A stretch of 64,000 nucleotides of DNA from an uncultured virus (IMG/VR IMGVR_UViG_3300010048_000003) (IMGVR_UViG_3300010048_000003), one strand, 5' to 3'. Positions 19,554 through 28,356 are shown, numbered from the stretch's first letter. Numbers and translations are program-made. Notes: generated by a model from the sequence alone, not told the origin.

Positions 19554-19799
19554 TCAGAATTCATAGCAGATGATGACCGGCTTGTTGAAGTACTTGGCAT
19601 CTGTGGTCGGTGATGGCGCAACAAGCCAAACACGATCATCAATGCCCATAGCCACTGCCCACTTGACTGCGTGGTTCATGTCTGGGAACGCGATGAATAT
19701 ACACGTGATGTTGTGATCATCGACATCAGCAACCGCACGGTAGAATGCGATTGCCTCATTGACGTGATCAAGCGGTGTCAGCTCAGCAACGGGCTCCAC
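19554..19799 (-). CDS. Hypothetical protein
   Basis: GGAGG RBS before GTG. Confidence 0.55.
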   Translation of the reverse strand: MEPVAELTPLDHVNEAIAFYRAVADVDDHNITCIFIAFPDMNHAVKWAVAMGIDDRVWLVAPSPTTDAKYFNKPVIICYEF

Positions 19800-20006
19800 A
19801 CGACCTCCTCATGCTTGGGTGGCTTGGCGTCATTCGGGAACTTGTCCTGACGACAGTATACACCAGGATGAATGCGGTATGCGTTGATCTCGATCCTGAT
19901 CCTGTCGTCAGTCGTCTGCGGTGGCCATTGCTGGTCACACAGGAAACATGTCCACGTCGTCTTGCGCGGAATTCCGGTATTCACTTGTATTGACCCTCCT
20001 TGTTGG

Positions 20007-20261
20007 TCAGTCCTCGTGGACGAGGTTCATGAGTGCTCGTGCTGCCTTGTGTGGGTTGTGGTAGCGTCGCACGGCACGCTCTGGCATGCCATCACCAGGA
20101 CGGAAGGCAACCGCCCATCTGGTTTCTGCTTCACGCTCGACAATGACCCTCTGGACTTCGCCAGGCTTGGCGCCAGAGACTGTCATCGTTCTGCCCTTGC
20201 CACGGCCGATGTTCATCGTCCATAGCAGGCCCACAACGAGATCTTCGTGGTCCATAAGCAT
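20007..20261 (-). CDS. Hypothetical protein
   Basis: AAAGGA RBS before MLMDHED. Confidence 0.5.
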   Translation of the reverse strand: MLMDHEDLVVGLLWTMNIGRGKGRTMTVSGAKPGEVQRVIVEREAETRWAVAFRPGDGMPERAVRRYHNPHKAARALMNLVHED

Positions 20262-20407
20262 TCCTTTCTTGAGTTTTGACAGTCCATCTGAGGACTGGAA
20301 TGCCGGAGGGTATCTGTACCCTCCGGCAAACCAGCTACCAGATGTCACCTATGTCTTTGGGGTCTGGATTCATGGAATCCTCGCCAACGAGCATGACTAG
20401 CAGGCGA

Positions 20408-20626
20408 TCAAGCCACGCGGTCATTCGCCAGCTCCACTCGGTTGCCCATGCGGTCGCAGGTGTAGCCATAGCCAAGCTGCATGAAGAGGACCCTAGCAGC
20501 ATTGGCGGCATCATCACGCTCACGATCAAGCATGAAGTTCGGCTGGTGGAGCGCAGCCATGAGGACATGCGCTACAGAGTCGGCTTCACGCTGGGTCATA
20601 CCCAGTGCGATGTTCTCACTGTTCAT
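20408..20626 (-). CDS. Hypothetical protein
   Basis: ORF in the early gene run. Confidence 0.55.
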   Translation of the reverse strand: MNSENIALGMTQREADSVAHVLMAALHQPNFMLDRERDDAANAARVLFMQLGYGYTCDRMGNRVELANDRVA

Positions 20627-20795
20627 TTTTCTGTTTTCCCATCGGTGTCAAACAGGAGGGTATCCCTCTTGTTTTTGGGGGCATCTTGCTGAGGAGGGTA
20701 ACCCTCCTTTTTGTATTGCCAGTCCTTGCGGACTGGAATGCCTAGGGAATTGATTTTCCCTAGACAAACCAGATCACAGGATTGTTGTTGTCGTG

Positions 20796-21149
20796 TTACT
20801 TGTCCCAGTACTCGCCATGCTCGGCGAGGTTACAGCCGCACTCTAGCACTGCCCAGGACAGACCCTCCCCGGCAAAACCGGAGTTGTAACCGGAGCGCAC
20901 GATCCGTGTTGGCCCATGCTTTTCGCATTCTGCCGCGTCATCGTGTTCGGGGATCTCCTTCCAGGAATTGTCCTGGTCCTCAGGGATGAGTTCGAACTCA
21001 TCTGCCGGATTGGGGATCTCCCCTGCTGCTGCCTTGGCTGCCTCGACCACGCGGTCGGAATCGGCATGCCGCGGCACATAGTGTGTTGTCGCGGCGATCG
21101 AACTGGCGACGGCATTTTCGACGTCGCAGTTGTGCGCGTGCTTGGCCAT
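20796..21149 (-). CDS. Hypothetical protein
   Basis: GAGGAG RBS; CEKHG...LECGC. Confidence 0.6.
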   Translation of the reverse strand: MAKHAHNCDVENAVASSIAATTHYVPRHADSDRVVEAAKAAAGEIPNPADEFELIPEDQDNSWKEIPEHDDAAECEKHGPTRIVRSGYNSGFAGEGLSWAVLECGCNLAEHGEYWDK

Positions 21150-21312
21150 TTGGCTCCTCTATGTTGTTTTTCGACCTGGCTCTTCAGCTCGGGTAGGTCA
21201 GCTCCCGAAGACACAACACGCCCATCGGTGCTATGTTTCGCCTGTATTCGATTTTCGGTAAAGCGGAGGGTTACCCTCCGGATTTCTCCGGAGGGTAATC
21301 CTCGCGAAATTC

Positions 21313-21684
21313 CTAGACGTTAAGGTCCGACGACTGGAAATACCGATACGCCTTACTCGCGATCGTAACGAGCCGCTCCGTACGATCGTCCGCGCGGCCG
21401 TTTTCGCCTAGCGCGATTCCGAGTCCCGGATATTCCCGCGCGATCCACTTCGTAAAGCCGACCATAGCGCGCGGGATATCCTTAGTCCCGTAATTCCCGG
21501 GACCGGAATTTCCGCGCGACGCGATAGCCGCCTCTTTTTCGGCGCGTAGCGACTCGATTTCCGCGCGAAGCCTCGCGATTTCGAGTAGTTCGCTCTCGGA
21601 AACCGGCGCGGGAAGAGTAGACGTCTTTTCCGAGACTTCGCCCTTAGCCGGGGTCGCCTTAGAGGAAATAACGCTTCGCTCCAC
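21313..21684 (-). CDS. First early gene, with CA/TG-purged coding sequence
   Basis: Paralogous domain to 18009..18497; directly downstream of two tandem promoters. Confidence 0.75.
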   Translation of the reverse strand: MERSVISSKATPAKGEVSEKTSTLPAPVSESELLEIARLRAEIESLRAEKEAAIASRGNSGPGNYGTKDIPRAMVGFTKWIAREYPGLGIALGENGRADDRTERLVTIASKAYRYFQSSDLNV

Positions 21685-21770
21685 TTTTTTCTCTTTTCTA
21701 TTTCGGGGTAGCCGAATTAAGCCGGACTTTTCCGGGTTTCGGGTACGCCTATTACGAGCCCGTCGAGGGG

Positions 21771-21941
21771 CGATTTTTAGAAAACGCTACCGCTTTTTAC
21801 GCGCCGCGCTTTTTCGCGAAATTCGCGTTTCCGCGTTTCCCGCTACCGCTAGTCTACCCGAGTTTCGCGTTTTCCGCTAATCGGCTCGTTTCGCGTCGCG
21901 AAAGTCCTAACCGATTTTAAGGAAACGCTACCGCTTTTACG
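21771..21941. repeat. Imperfect ~30-bp direct repeat pair
   Basis: CGATTTTTAGAAAACGCTACCGCTTTTTACG (21771) and CGATTTTAAGGAAACGCTACCGCTTTTACG (21912). Confidence 0.75.
21851..21879 (-). promoter_or_regulatory. Early promoter
   Basis: TAGCGG-N17-TAGACT. Confidence 0.65.
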
Positions 21942-21990
21942 AGCGAGTCGCGAACCGTCGCGATCCGGAACTTCCCGGCCCGACGAAAAA

Positions 21991-22019
21991 AGACTACCCG
22001 ACCGGTTTCCGGGAAGCGA
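21991..22019 (-). promoter_or_regulatory. Early promoter
   Basis: TCGCTT-N17-TAGTCT. Confidence 0.6.
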
Positions 22020-22244
22020 ATAAGTCTTTCGAAGGACTAGTCTTCGGATTTCGTTCGAATTACGGAAGGGGTAAATTCGAAAACCGCGCCGCGCGTCGCG
22101 AACGGCCGGAACCGCTACGATACCCCTAGACGGGCCGGAAAGGCGCCTCTCGCGCGACGAAACGCCGGTCGCGGGTATTAGCTAGGGTCCGTTTTCCGAC
22201 GCCGCTACGGCGAAAAGATATCGAAAGACTTTTACCAATAGTCG

Positions 22245-23078
22245 TTCGTAGTCGAGTAAGGTCAAACGTCGCGATCGTAGTCGACTAAGGTCAAACGTCT
22301 CGTACGTAGTCGACTAGACGATCGTAGTCGAGCGCTACGTTTGTAGTCGACTAGCTCGTTCGTAGTCGACTACCCAAAGGTAACGATTAGGTTACGGATT
22401 TGGTATATAACGATCTCGTAACGCTCTATCGTAGTCGACTACTAGACTGCAGTCGACGACGTCGACGACTACGAACGTAGTCGACTACTCAAAGACGTAC
22501 GAACGTAGTCGACTAGTCAAACGTAGTCGACTAGTCAAACGTAGTCGACTACTCAGATACGTACGAACGTAGTCGACTACTCGACTACAATAGAGCGCTA
22601 CGATTGTAGTCGACTACTCGATTGTAGTCGAGTTCGCGATTGTAGTCGACTACTCGACTACAATAGAGCGTCGCGAGTGTACTCGACTACAAACGAGCGC
22701 CATCGGTGAGGGTGGCGAATTCTCGAAGCCCATCGGTCGCAGTAGGGAGTTCCTATTTGCAGTCGACTACAGTCAGGGAGTTCCTATTACAGACGACTGG
22801 GGTCGAGTGGGATGGACTGCAGTCGACCGGGGTCAGATGGGGTCGACTACCCCCGGCTGCACTCGATGCGAGGCGAACCCAATCGAGCGCAGGTGACTGG
22901 GCTGGACTGTAGTCGACCCCAAGCGAGCCCATCGGTGGCCCATCGGTCGCAGTCGACTACACCCAGAGTGCAGACGTAGTCGGTCGATCGTCCTCAACTG
23001 CATTCGAGTGTAGTCGACCGCAATTTACTGCACGCGACGCCCATCGGTGACGATTGGCCGCAGTCGACTGCAGTCGAG
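22245..23078. repeat. Array of GTAGTCGACTAC-like palindromes with CCCATCGGT repeats
   Basis: More than 20 full or partial copies with irregular spacing. Confidence 0.9.
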
Positions 23079-23199
23079 GCCCATCGGTGGGGGGCGACCC
23101 CCTGGGAGGAGGCTTCTCCCAGACCACGAAGTGTAGTCGTCTAGAATCGCAACTAATTTCGATATCTGTTCTGTATTGGCTTCATTGGCATATACGGAC

Positions 23200-23233
23200 A
23201 AAAAAAAGGGGCCCAGCCGAAGCCAGGCCCCTT
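23200..23233 (-). terminator. Intrinsic terminator
   Basis: GC-rich hairpin followed by a T8 tract on the minus strand, just after the 23247 gene. Confidence 0.7.
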
Positions 23234-23246
23234 CTTGCTAGGTGGG

Positions 23247-23921
23247 TTACGGAATGGTGTTCCACATGAACGTGGAGGCGTGGTTGTGGCTCACGTTCAC
23301 CAGCCGCTGTGCGTCCACGTTACCGGACAGGTGCCCGGGCGCGTCGATCGCGAGGTGGTGATCGCTGTTCGCCGCCTGCGGGGCCCAGAGCACGAACGTG
23401 TAGCCGTGCGTGGCCGGGTTGACGAACGGAGCGGTATCGGTCAGGATGAAGGCCTGGTTGGCCGCACCGTCGCAGCTCTGGAGCGTGGTCTTCGTAGCGC
23501 TCGGCTGGAGGCACCATCCCGAGTCCTGCCCGAACGGCGTGAACTCGATGGAGACGATGGCGTCGCCGCCGTAGTGGAGGACATCGAACGCGGTCATGCC
23601 GTCGCTGCCGTCACCGACGAAGTCGTCGTAGTTGAGGGTGAAGTCCTGCGAACCGTCCTGGAGGTCGTTGGAGATGTTCATCTGAACATTCGCTCCGGCC
23701 TTGGGCGTGCCGACGACAGTCAGGCCCGCGTCCGAACGCGGGTAGAAGTCGTGCGAGCTGATCGCAGACTGCGCCACCACGATGCCCGAACAGCCGTCGA
23801 ACATTGCCTGGCAGGCGTCAGTCGCGTCGGCGGGCCGGACGTTCGCCGAGGCAACCCCACCCGCTGCCGCGAAGACGCCGAGCACTGCTGCTGACATGAG
23901 TACTGCTGACTTGCGGAACAT
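23247..23921 (-). CDS. Secreted protein, ricin-B-lectin-like
   Basis: Signal peptide ending ASA; WCLQ...LQSCDGAANQAF motif. Confidence 0.6.
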   Translation of the reverse strand: MFRKSAVLMSAAVLGVFAAAGGVASANVRPADATDACQAMFDGCSGIVVAQSAISSHDFYPRSDAGLTVVGTPKAGANVQMNISNDLQDGSQDFTLNYDDFVGDGSDGMTAFDVLHYGGDAIVSIEFTPFGQDSGWCLQPSATKTTLQSCDGAANQAFILTDTAPFVNPATHGYTFVLWAPQAANSDHHLAIDAPGHLSGNVDAQRLVNVSHNHASTFMWNTIP

Positions 23922-24042
23922 ATGATGTTCCCTTTCTGTCGCGCAGGTTGCTTTCCCAACCTGCTATCCCTCCCCTGAGGAGGCTTTAGTTCCGGCCGCG
24001 TGCCGGCGACTTCTGGGGAGAGTTTGACACGCGACCGGAAGA

Positions 24043-24150
24043 TCATGACGTCTTGATGACGTTGAGTTCGACTGGAGGCTTGCCGTCCGGCTTGATCCGG
24101 ACGCGCTGGCTCCAGGCGTTCTGGCTCAGGATGGTGACCTTGGTACTCAT
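24043..24150 (-). CDS. Small hypothetical protein (35 aa)
   Basis: GAGGA RBS; MSTKVTILSQNAWSQRVRIK... Confidence 0.45.
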   Translation of the reverse strand: MSTKVTILSQNAWSQRVRIKPDGKPPVELNVIKTS

Positions 24151-24211
24151 TAGTTCCTCACTAGGGTGCGAATGATGTCAGCATGGACTTGGTGTTTGGC
24201 TTCGGCCATAC

Positions 24212-24613
24212 TCACCCGGAGAACCTGGCCGTGATGTCGTGAACGCTCGCGCCGGTGTCGAGAACTTCCTGATTGCCCTCAGCCTTGATCCGGCGGGAAA
24301 GCTCCCTGCGGATAGCCGCGCGGTGTTCCGCTGACATGAAGAATGGGTTGCCCTCCATGTACTCGCGCGGGCTATAGTGATGCGGGTACTTGTAGCTGTT
24401 CTTGGAGGAGTCCGGCGACCAGGAGCTGGTAAGGTACCGCGCCCGAACAACTCCACATCCTCGCTGGCACGGCCCGAGCATCACGTGCGCTCCATGCGGA
24501 CGGCGCTCAAGGTGACCGTACAGTTCTGCTGACCAGATATGACCGAGATCCCAGCAAACGAGGATGACGGTATCTGTCTTCTGTATCCATTTCTTAAAAC
24601 CATGTTCTAGCAT
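24212..24613 (-). CDS. Hypothetical Cys/His protein
   Basis: CWDLGHIW...CQRGCG...YKYP. Confidence 0.6.
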   Translation of the reverse strand: MLEHGFKKWIQKTDTVILVCWDLGHIWSAELYGHLERRPHGAHVMLGPCQRGCGVVRARYLTSSWSPDSSKNSYKYPHHYSPREYMEGNPFFMSAEHRAAIRRELSRRIKAEGNQEVLDTGASVHDITARFSG

Positions 24614-24919
24614 CCAGATTTCGCCTTCTCAGTAGGGGGAGTGGTAGGCCGGGAGGATTTGTGAATATGGACGTCGCCCGTCGAGTGCGTCTCTTGGGGT
24701 TGAAACGACGGGCTGGGATCTCGGCCTACCACTGGATCTTGCTGTCGGCTAGATCTCTCGAATCGCATCACCTCCGTTCCTGAAGCCTGACCGGGAAGCG
24801 AGAGGTTGAGGAGATACCGCACCTGGTAGGGGGACCACCAGGCACTATACCCGCTTGCGATACGGTAGCGGCTAACTTCCATTCCTATCCTAACCTCCCC
24901 TCGCTTCCCGGCTACGCCT

Positions 24920-24948
24920 ACTATAGCGCGTCGGGCCGGAAAAGGGAA
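24920..24948 (-). promoter_or_regulatory. sigma70-like promoter
   Basis: TTCCCT-N17-TATAGT. Confidence 0.6.
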
Positions 24949-24951
24949 CCC

Positions 24952-25497
24952 CTAATTTCGCCCATAATATTCGGCAAGGTAAGGCCACAAAGAGTTCGCC
25001 CACTCCGGGTTCTCACGAGCGCGTCGCAAGGCTGTTATGCCATGTCGCAATGCCGCGCGGACATGATCGCTGCCTTTTACCCATAGCCGCCACCTGTGGA
25101 GGCGTTCATCTGTTACTGTACCGAATGCGAGGGTACGTGACTGGAAATGGAGGGTTGCGTCGGCGAGTAGTTTCTGTTCTTGGAGGAGTGTCATCATCGC
25201 GCCTAGGCGTACGGGAGATAGAGCCTCCGGATCTGTGGAGTGGAATGTTGGGTCCTGATCCCAGGCTTCCATGATCATGGCAGGACCAACTTTGTAGTCT
25301 AGACCCTGAATCTCTCGTACAAGCCGGGCTAGCTCGATTGCCTGTTGTGGCTCCGGCCCCGTGAACTCGCCCCAGTCATGCTCGATGATCGAAGACGGGG
25401 CATCTCCAAAAATACAGTCGGCCGGTACTGTAATGTTGTACCAGCCGGTCGTTCCTCCGGGGTCAATGCCCATGACGTGGATATTCTTTGGCGCCAT
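24952..25497 (-). CDS. RuvC-like Holliday junction resolvase
   Basis: MGIDPGGTTGW, IMEAW, DHVRAALRH. Confidence 0.75.
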   Translation of the reverse strand: MAPKNIHVMGIDPGGTTGWYNITVPADCIFGDAPSSIIEHDWGEFTGPEPQQAIELARLVREIQGLDYKVGPAMIMEAWDQDPTFHSTDPEALSPVRLGAMMTLLQEQKLLADATLHFQSRTLAFGTVTDERLHRWRLWVKGSDHVRAALRHGITALRRARENPEWANSLWPYLAEYYGRN

Positions 25498-25593
25498 GCT
25501 TCTCCCCTCAGTGCCGAGCCGGCCAGACAGCGGCGCTCGCTCCTGACCGGCTCGGGCGGCTACCGGGAAAGCGAAACCGGAACCCGCACTAGT

Positions 25594-25622
25594 ATCCTAC
25601 TCTACCGGCCGGTAAAAGGGAA
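25594..25622 (-). promoter_or_regulatory. sigma70-like promoter (divergent pair)
   Basis: TTCCCT-N17-TAGGAT. Confidence 0.55.
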
Positions 25623-25652
25623 GGGGGCAAAGAAAAAATCTTTTCCCGGGGG

Positions 25653-25681
25653 TAGCTTTGGGACATGTTCCGAGGTATACT
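25653..25681 (+). promoter_or_regulatory. sigma70-like promoter for primase/helicase
   Basis: TAGCTT-N17-TATACT. Confidence 0.65.
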
Positions 25682-25780
25682 AGGGGTTTCCGTCCGGTTA
25701 CGGCGGGGTAAACATACACCAAGGGAAGTCGGCGGGCCAAGAGGAGTAGTCCTGGCCCGCCCGAGTGAGGAGGGGCTCAC

Positions 25781-26791
25781 ATGAACGAGTCTACCGCGTC
25801 CGGCGGGAAAAGTAAAGACCTACGCGGAGAGAAGCATTTCCCATTCCGTGATGCCGCTCGGATCTATCGCGAGCGTGGCTGGACTGGTACAATTCCGGTT
25901 ACCCGGCAGGGCACGAAAGCACCCTTGGCAAAAGGCGTGACCGGACACAACGGAGTTGACCCAGACGACATACGCCTAGCGGAATTGATCACCGAATTTC
26001 CGACCGCTAATATAGGGATTCGGCTGCCATGGGATATCATAGGAATTGATGTCGATGCATACGAAAACCGGGGTGGCGACAGAACGATATGGAACCTACA
26101 GTCTAGGCTAGGGATATTGCCTCAGACCTGGCGCTCTACCTCGCGCGATGATGGCATGTCGGGAATCTACCTGTACTATGCTCCGCGCCGAGATGAGTGG
26201 GTGTGGATTACTGATCTTGGAGTCGGGTCTGGAGTTGAGATAGCTCAGTTCCACCATAGGTTCGCGACAGTAGAACCGTCAGTACATAACTCAACTGGGC
26301 GGATTTACCGGTGGTGGTACGGCGATCGTGAAGCAGGGAAACCGCGCCCGACAGATTTGCCATGGCTACCGCCTGAATGGGGTAAGTACCTACTATCCCC
26401 GCGCGAGTATGTCGTGAAAGGTGCGGCACAGGAAGCTGAAGTTGTCGCATGGTATGGGAAGGTATCAGGAGGGGCGATGTGTTACTACATGAAGAATGCT
26501 TCTGAAATAGAGGCAGGCAAGATACGGGCAGCGGCAGTTCTCGGCGGACTACACGACACGATTGTCGCGACGGCGATGTTCCTATGTACTAACGCGGCCG
26601 AGGGACATAAGGGACTTGACTACGCTCTTGGGGTCTGCGAAGATGCCTTCATGAACAGCGGGAGGAGGCGAAACCTACGTTCGGAATGGAAGGGCGCTGT
26701 CAACAGCGCAATGGCCAAAGCGGCTGCCCTTCCGCAAGCCAAGGGTGACGAGTGCTCGAAGTTCGTGTCACCATGGCGGAGAACATCATGA
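25781..26791 (+). CDS. Bifunctional DNA primase/polymerase
   Basis: ANIGIRL..IIGIDVD, PSVH...GRIYRW. Confidence 0.85.
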   Translation: MNESTASGGKSKDLRGEKHFPFRDAARIYRERGWTGTIPVTRQGTKAPLAKGVTGHNGVDPDDIRLAELITEFPTANIGIRLPWDIIGIDVDAYENRGGDRTIWNLQSRLGILPQTWRSTSRDDGMSGIYLYYAPRRDEWVWITDLGVGSGVEIAQFHHRFATVEPSVHNSTGRIYRWWYGDREAGKPRPTDLPWLPPEWGKYLLSPREYVVKGAAQEAEVVAWYGKVSGGAMCYYMKNASEIEAGKIRAAAVLGGLHDTIVATAMFLCTNAAEGHKGLDYALGVCEDAFMNSGRRRNLRSEWKGAVNSAMAKAAALPQAKGDECSKFVSPWRRTS

Positions 26792-27963
26792 GTAACAACA
26801 GTGACAACGGGAACCGGCCACTACGACGTGGCGGCGTCACGTACGTCGATAGCAATTGGCAAAGCGATGTCAATTCTGCCAGCAACGGACATCGCGTCGG
26901 GAAGGTGACTCTCGCAAGCGACTATACAATGAAGAAAGTCCATTGGGGATGGGCTAATGGCAGACACGAGCGAATCCCGATAGGCGAGCTAACCCTAACA
27001 GCAGGACATGGCGAAGCGGGGAAGAGTACGTTCAATCTTGGCCTTATAGCTCAGCTTACGCTAGGCGAACTAGATGGGTACTGGTATGGAAAGCCTCAGT
27101 TCTGTATCATAGCTGCCTCGGAGGATGACTGGGAGCGGACCATCATACCACGTCTTGTCGCGGCCGGGGCGGATCTCGATATGATAGGCGGTCTTGAAGT
27201 TATTACACAAGAGACTCCGGACGGCGAGATCATCAGCTTGCCAAAAGATTACGGCGAGCTAGAAGCAGCTATCGACAAGAACGATGCCTCATGGGTGTTC
27301 TTCGACTCGATAGTCGGGGCGATAGACCTAGCCCGTGACACGAATCATGGGCAACATGTACGAGACATCCTGATGAAGCTACAGTCTATCGCACGACGGC
27401 AGAACTGTGTCATAATCGGGAACGTACACTTCAACAAGAACAATGCCGCGGACGCCATGGAGCGAATGTCTGGATCACAAGAGTTCCGGAACGTCTCCCG
27501 AGCCGTCATATACCTGGCAATGGATGAGGATGGGATAGGCGTAATCTCGAAGCAAAAGAACAACCTAGGACGGTCATGGCCGTCTATTGCCTACAGGATT
27601 GAAGAGATCCTAGTTGATGAAGAACAGGAAATTACAGCCGGCACAATCATGTTCCTAGGCACAACTGACAAGGATGCTTCCGAGATAATCAACAGGAAGC
27701 CCGCCAGGAAGATGTCAGGCGCGCTAGTCGACCTTATCGACGCGCTTCAGGCGATATTTAAGGTGCAGAAAACATGGAAGAAAGAGGACATAATAAACCA
27801 GCTAAGAGAGGCTGGAGCTAGTACCAATGAGGCTACTTTGAATAAGGCCGTGGATAAGCTTGGAATCGAGAAAAAAGCAGTCTATAAAAAGGCCGGAAAG
27901 GGTATCGATTACTGGGAATGGACCGTCGAAAAAAGCGGCTCAAAACAAAGTCCTCGGATCTAG
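26788..27963 (+). CDS. AAA_25/RepA-like replicative helicase
   Basis: Walker A GHGEAGKS, SEDD, VFFDS, HFNK, KNNLG. Confidence 0.85.
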   Translation: MSNNSDNGNRPLRRGGVTYVDSNWQSDVNSASNGHRVGKVTLASDYTMKKVHWGWANGRHERIPIGELTLTAGHGEAGKSTFNLGLIAQLTLGELDGYWYGKPQFCIIAASEDDWERTIIPRLVAAGADLDMIGGLEVITQETPDGEIISLPKDYGELEAAIDKNDASWVFFDSIVGAIDLARDTNHGQHVRDILMKLQSIARRQNCVIIGNVHFNKNNAADAMERMSGSQEFRNVSRAVIYLAMDEDGIGVISKQKNNLGRSWPSIAYRIEEILVDEEQEITAGTIMFLGTTDKDASEIINRKPARKMSGALVDLIDALQAIFKVQKTWKKEDIINQLREAGASTNEATLNKAVDKLGIEKKAVYKKAGKGIDYWEWTVEKSGSKQSPRI

Positions 27964-28062
27964 GCGATAGACCCGGGCACCGCCTCCCCCTCTATATCGA
28001 ATTTATATATATATATATAGAAGATATAGCCTAGGGGGCGGTGCCGGACCCTATCGCCTAGA
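27959..28062. other. Probable replication origin: inverted repeat around a (TA)n core
   Basis: TCTAGGCGATAG/CTATCGCCTAGA and GGCACCGCC/GGCGGTGCC arms flank an AT-only centre; directly after the helicase. Confidence 0.55.
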
Positions 28063-28088
28063 CCGGAAGCGTTTGAGAAGGGTGCAAA

Positions 28089-28286
28089 ATGAACGACCGG
28101 GAAGACGCTATCAAGATGCTAAACTGGCTAGTCGAAAATCCGGGTTCTACGGCCTATGAAATCTCGATTGGAGCAGGTATTTCAGACCCTTATCGGGCGT
28201 TTTCTTTGCTAGCGGCTTTGGAGGTTGCCGGAGCCGTTTCAAGGCGTACGGCAAAGTCTAAGGTCAAATGGACGATTATGCCGTAG
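28089..28286 (+). CDS. Small winged-HTH protein
   Basis: NPGSTAYEIS...LAALEVAGAVSR...KW. Confidence 0.65.
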   Translation: MNDREDAIKMLNWLVENPGSTAYEISIGAGISDPYRAFSLLAALEVAGAVSRRTAKSKVKWTIMP

Positions 28287-28318
28287 TCGACCGTCGTCGG
28301 GCTAATCCGATTCGGGTC

Positions 28319-28347
28319 TAGACGGATCGGTCGCGATCGAGTACGAT
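28319..28347 (+). promoter_or_regulatory. Promoter of the packaging operon
   Basis: TAGACG-N17-TACGAT. Confidence 0.65.
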
Positions 28348-28356
28348 ACTACCTAG

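Noticed and set aside
22245..23078. CRISPR array
   Set aside because: Repeats are about 12 bp, irregularly spaced and without unique 30-40 bp spacers. The Cas4-like gene is an ordinary phage exonuclease.
22706..23269. Plus-strand ORFs in the repeat region
   Set aside because: They are translations of DNA repeats with no RBS or motif support
24607..24882. 91-aa CDS
   Set aside because: No protein-like features and it coincides with extensive base pairing. Not fully excluded, because a GGAGG lies upstream.
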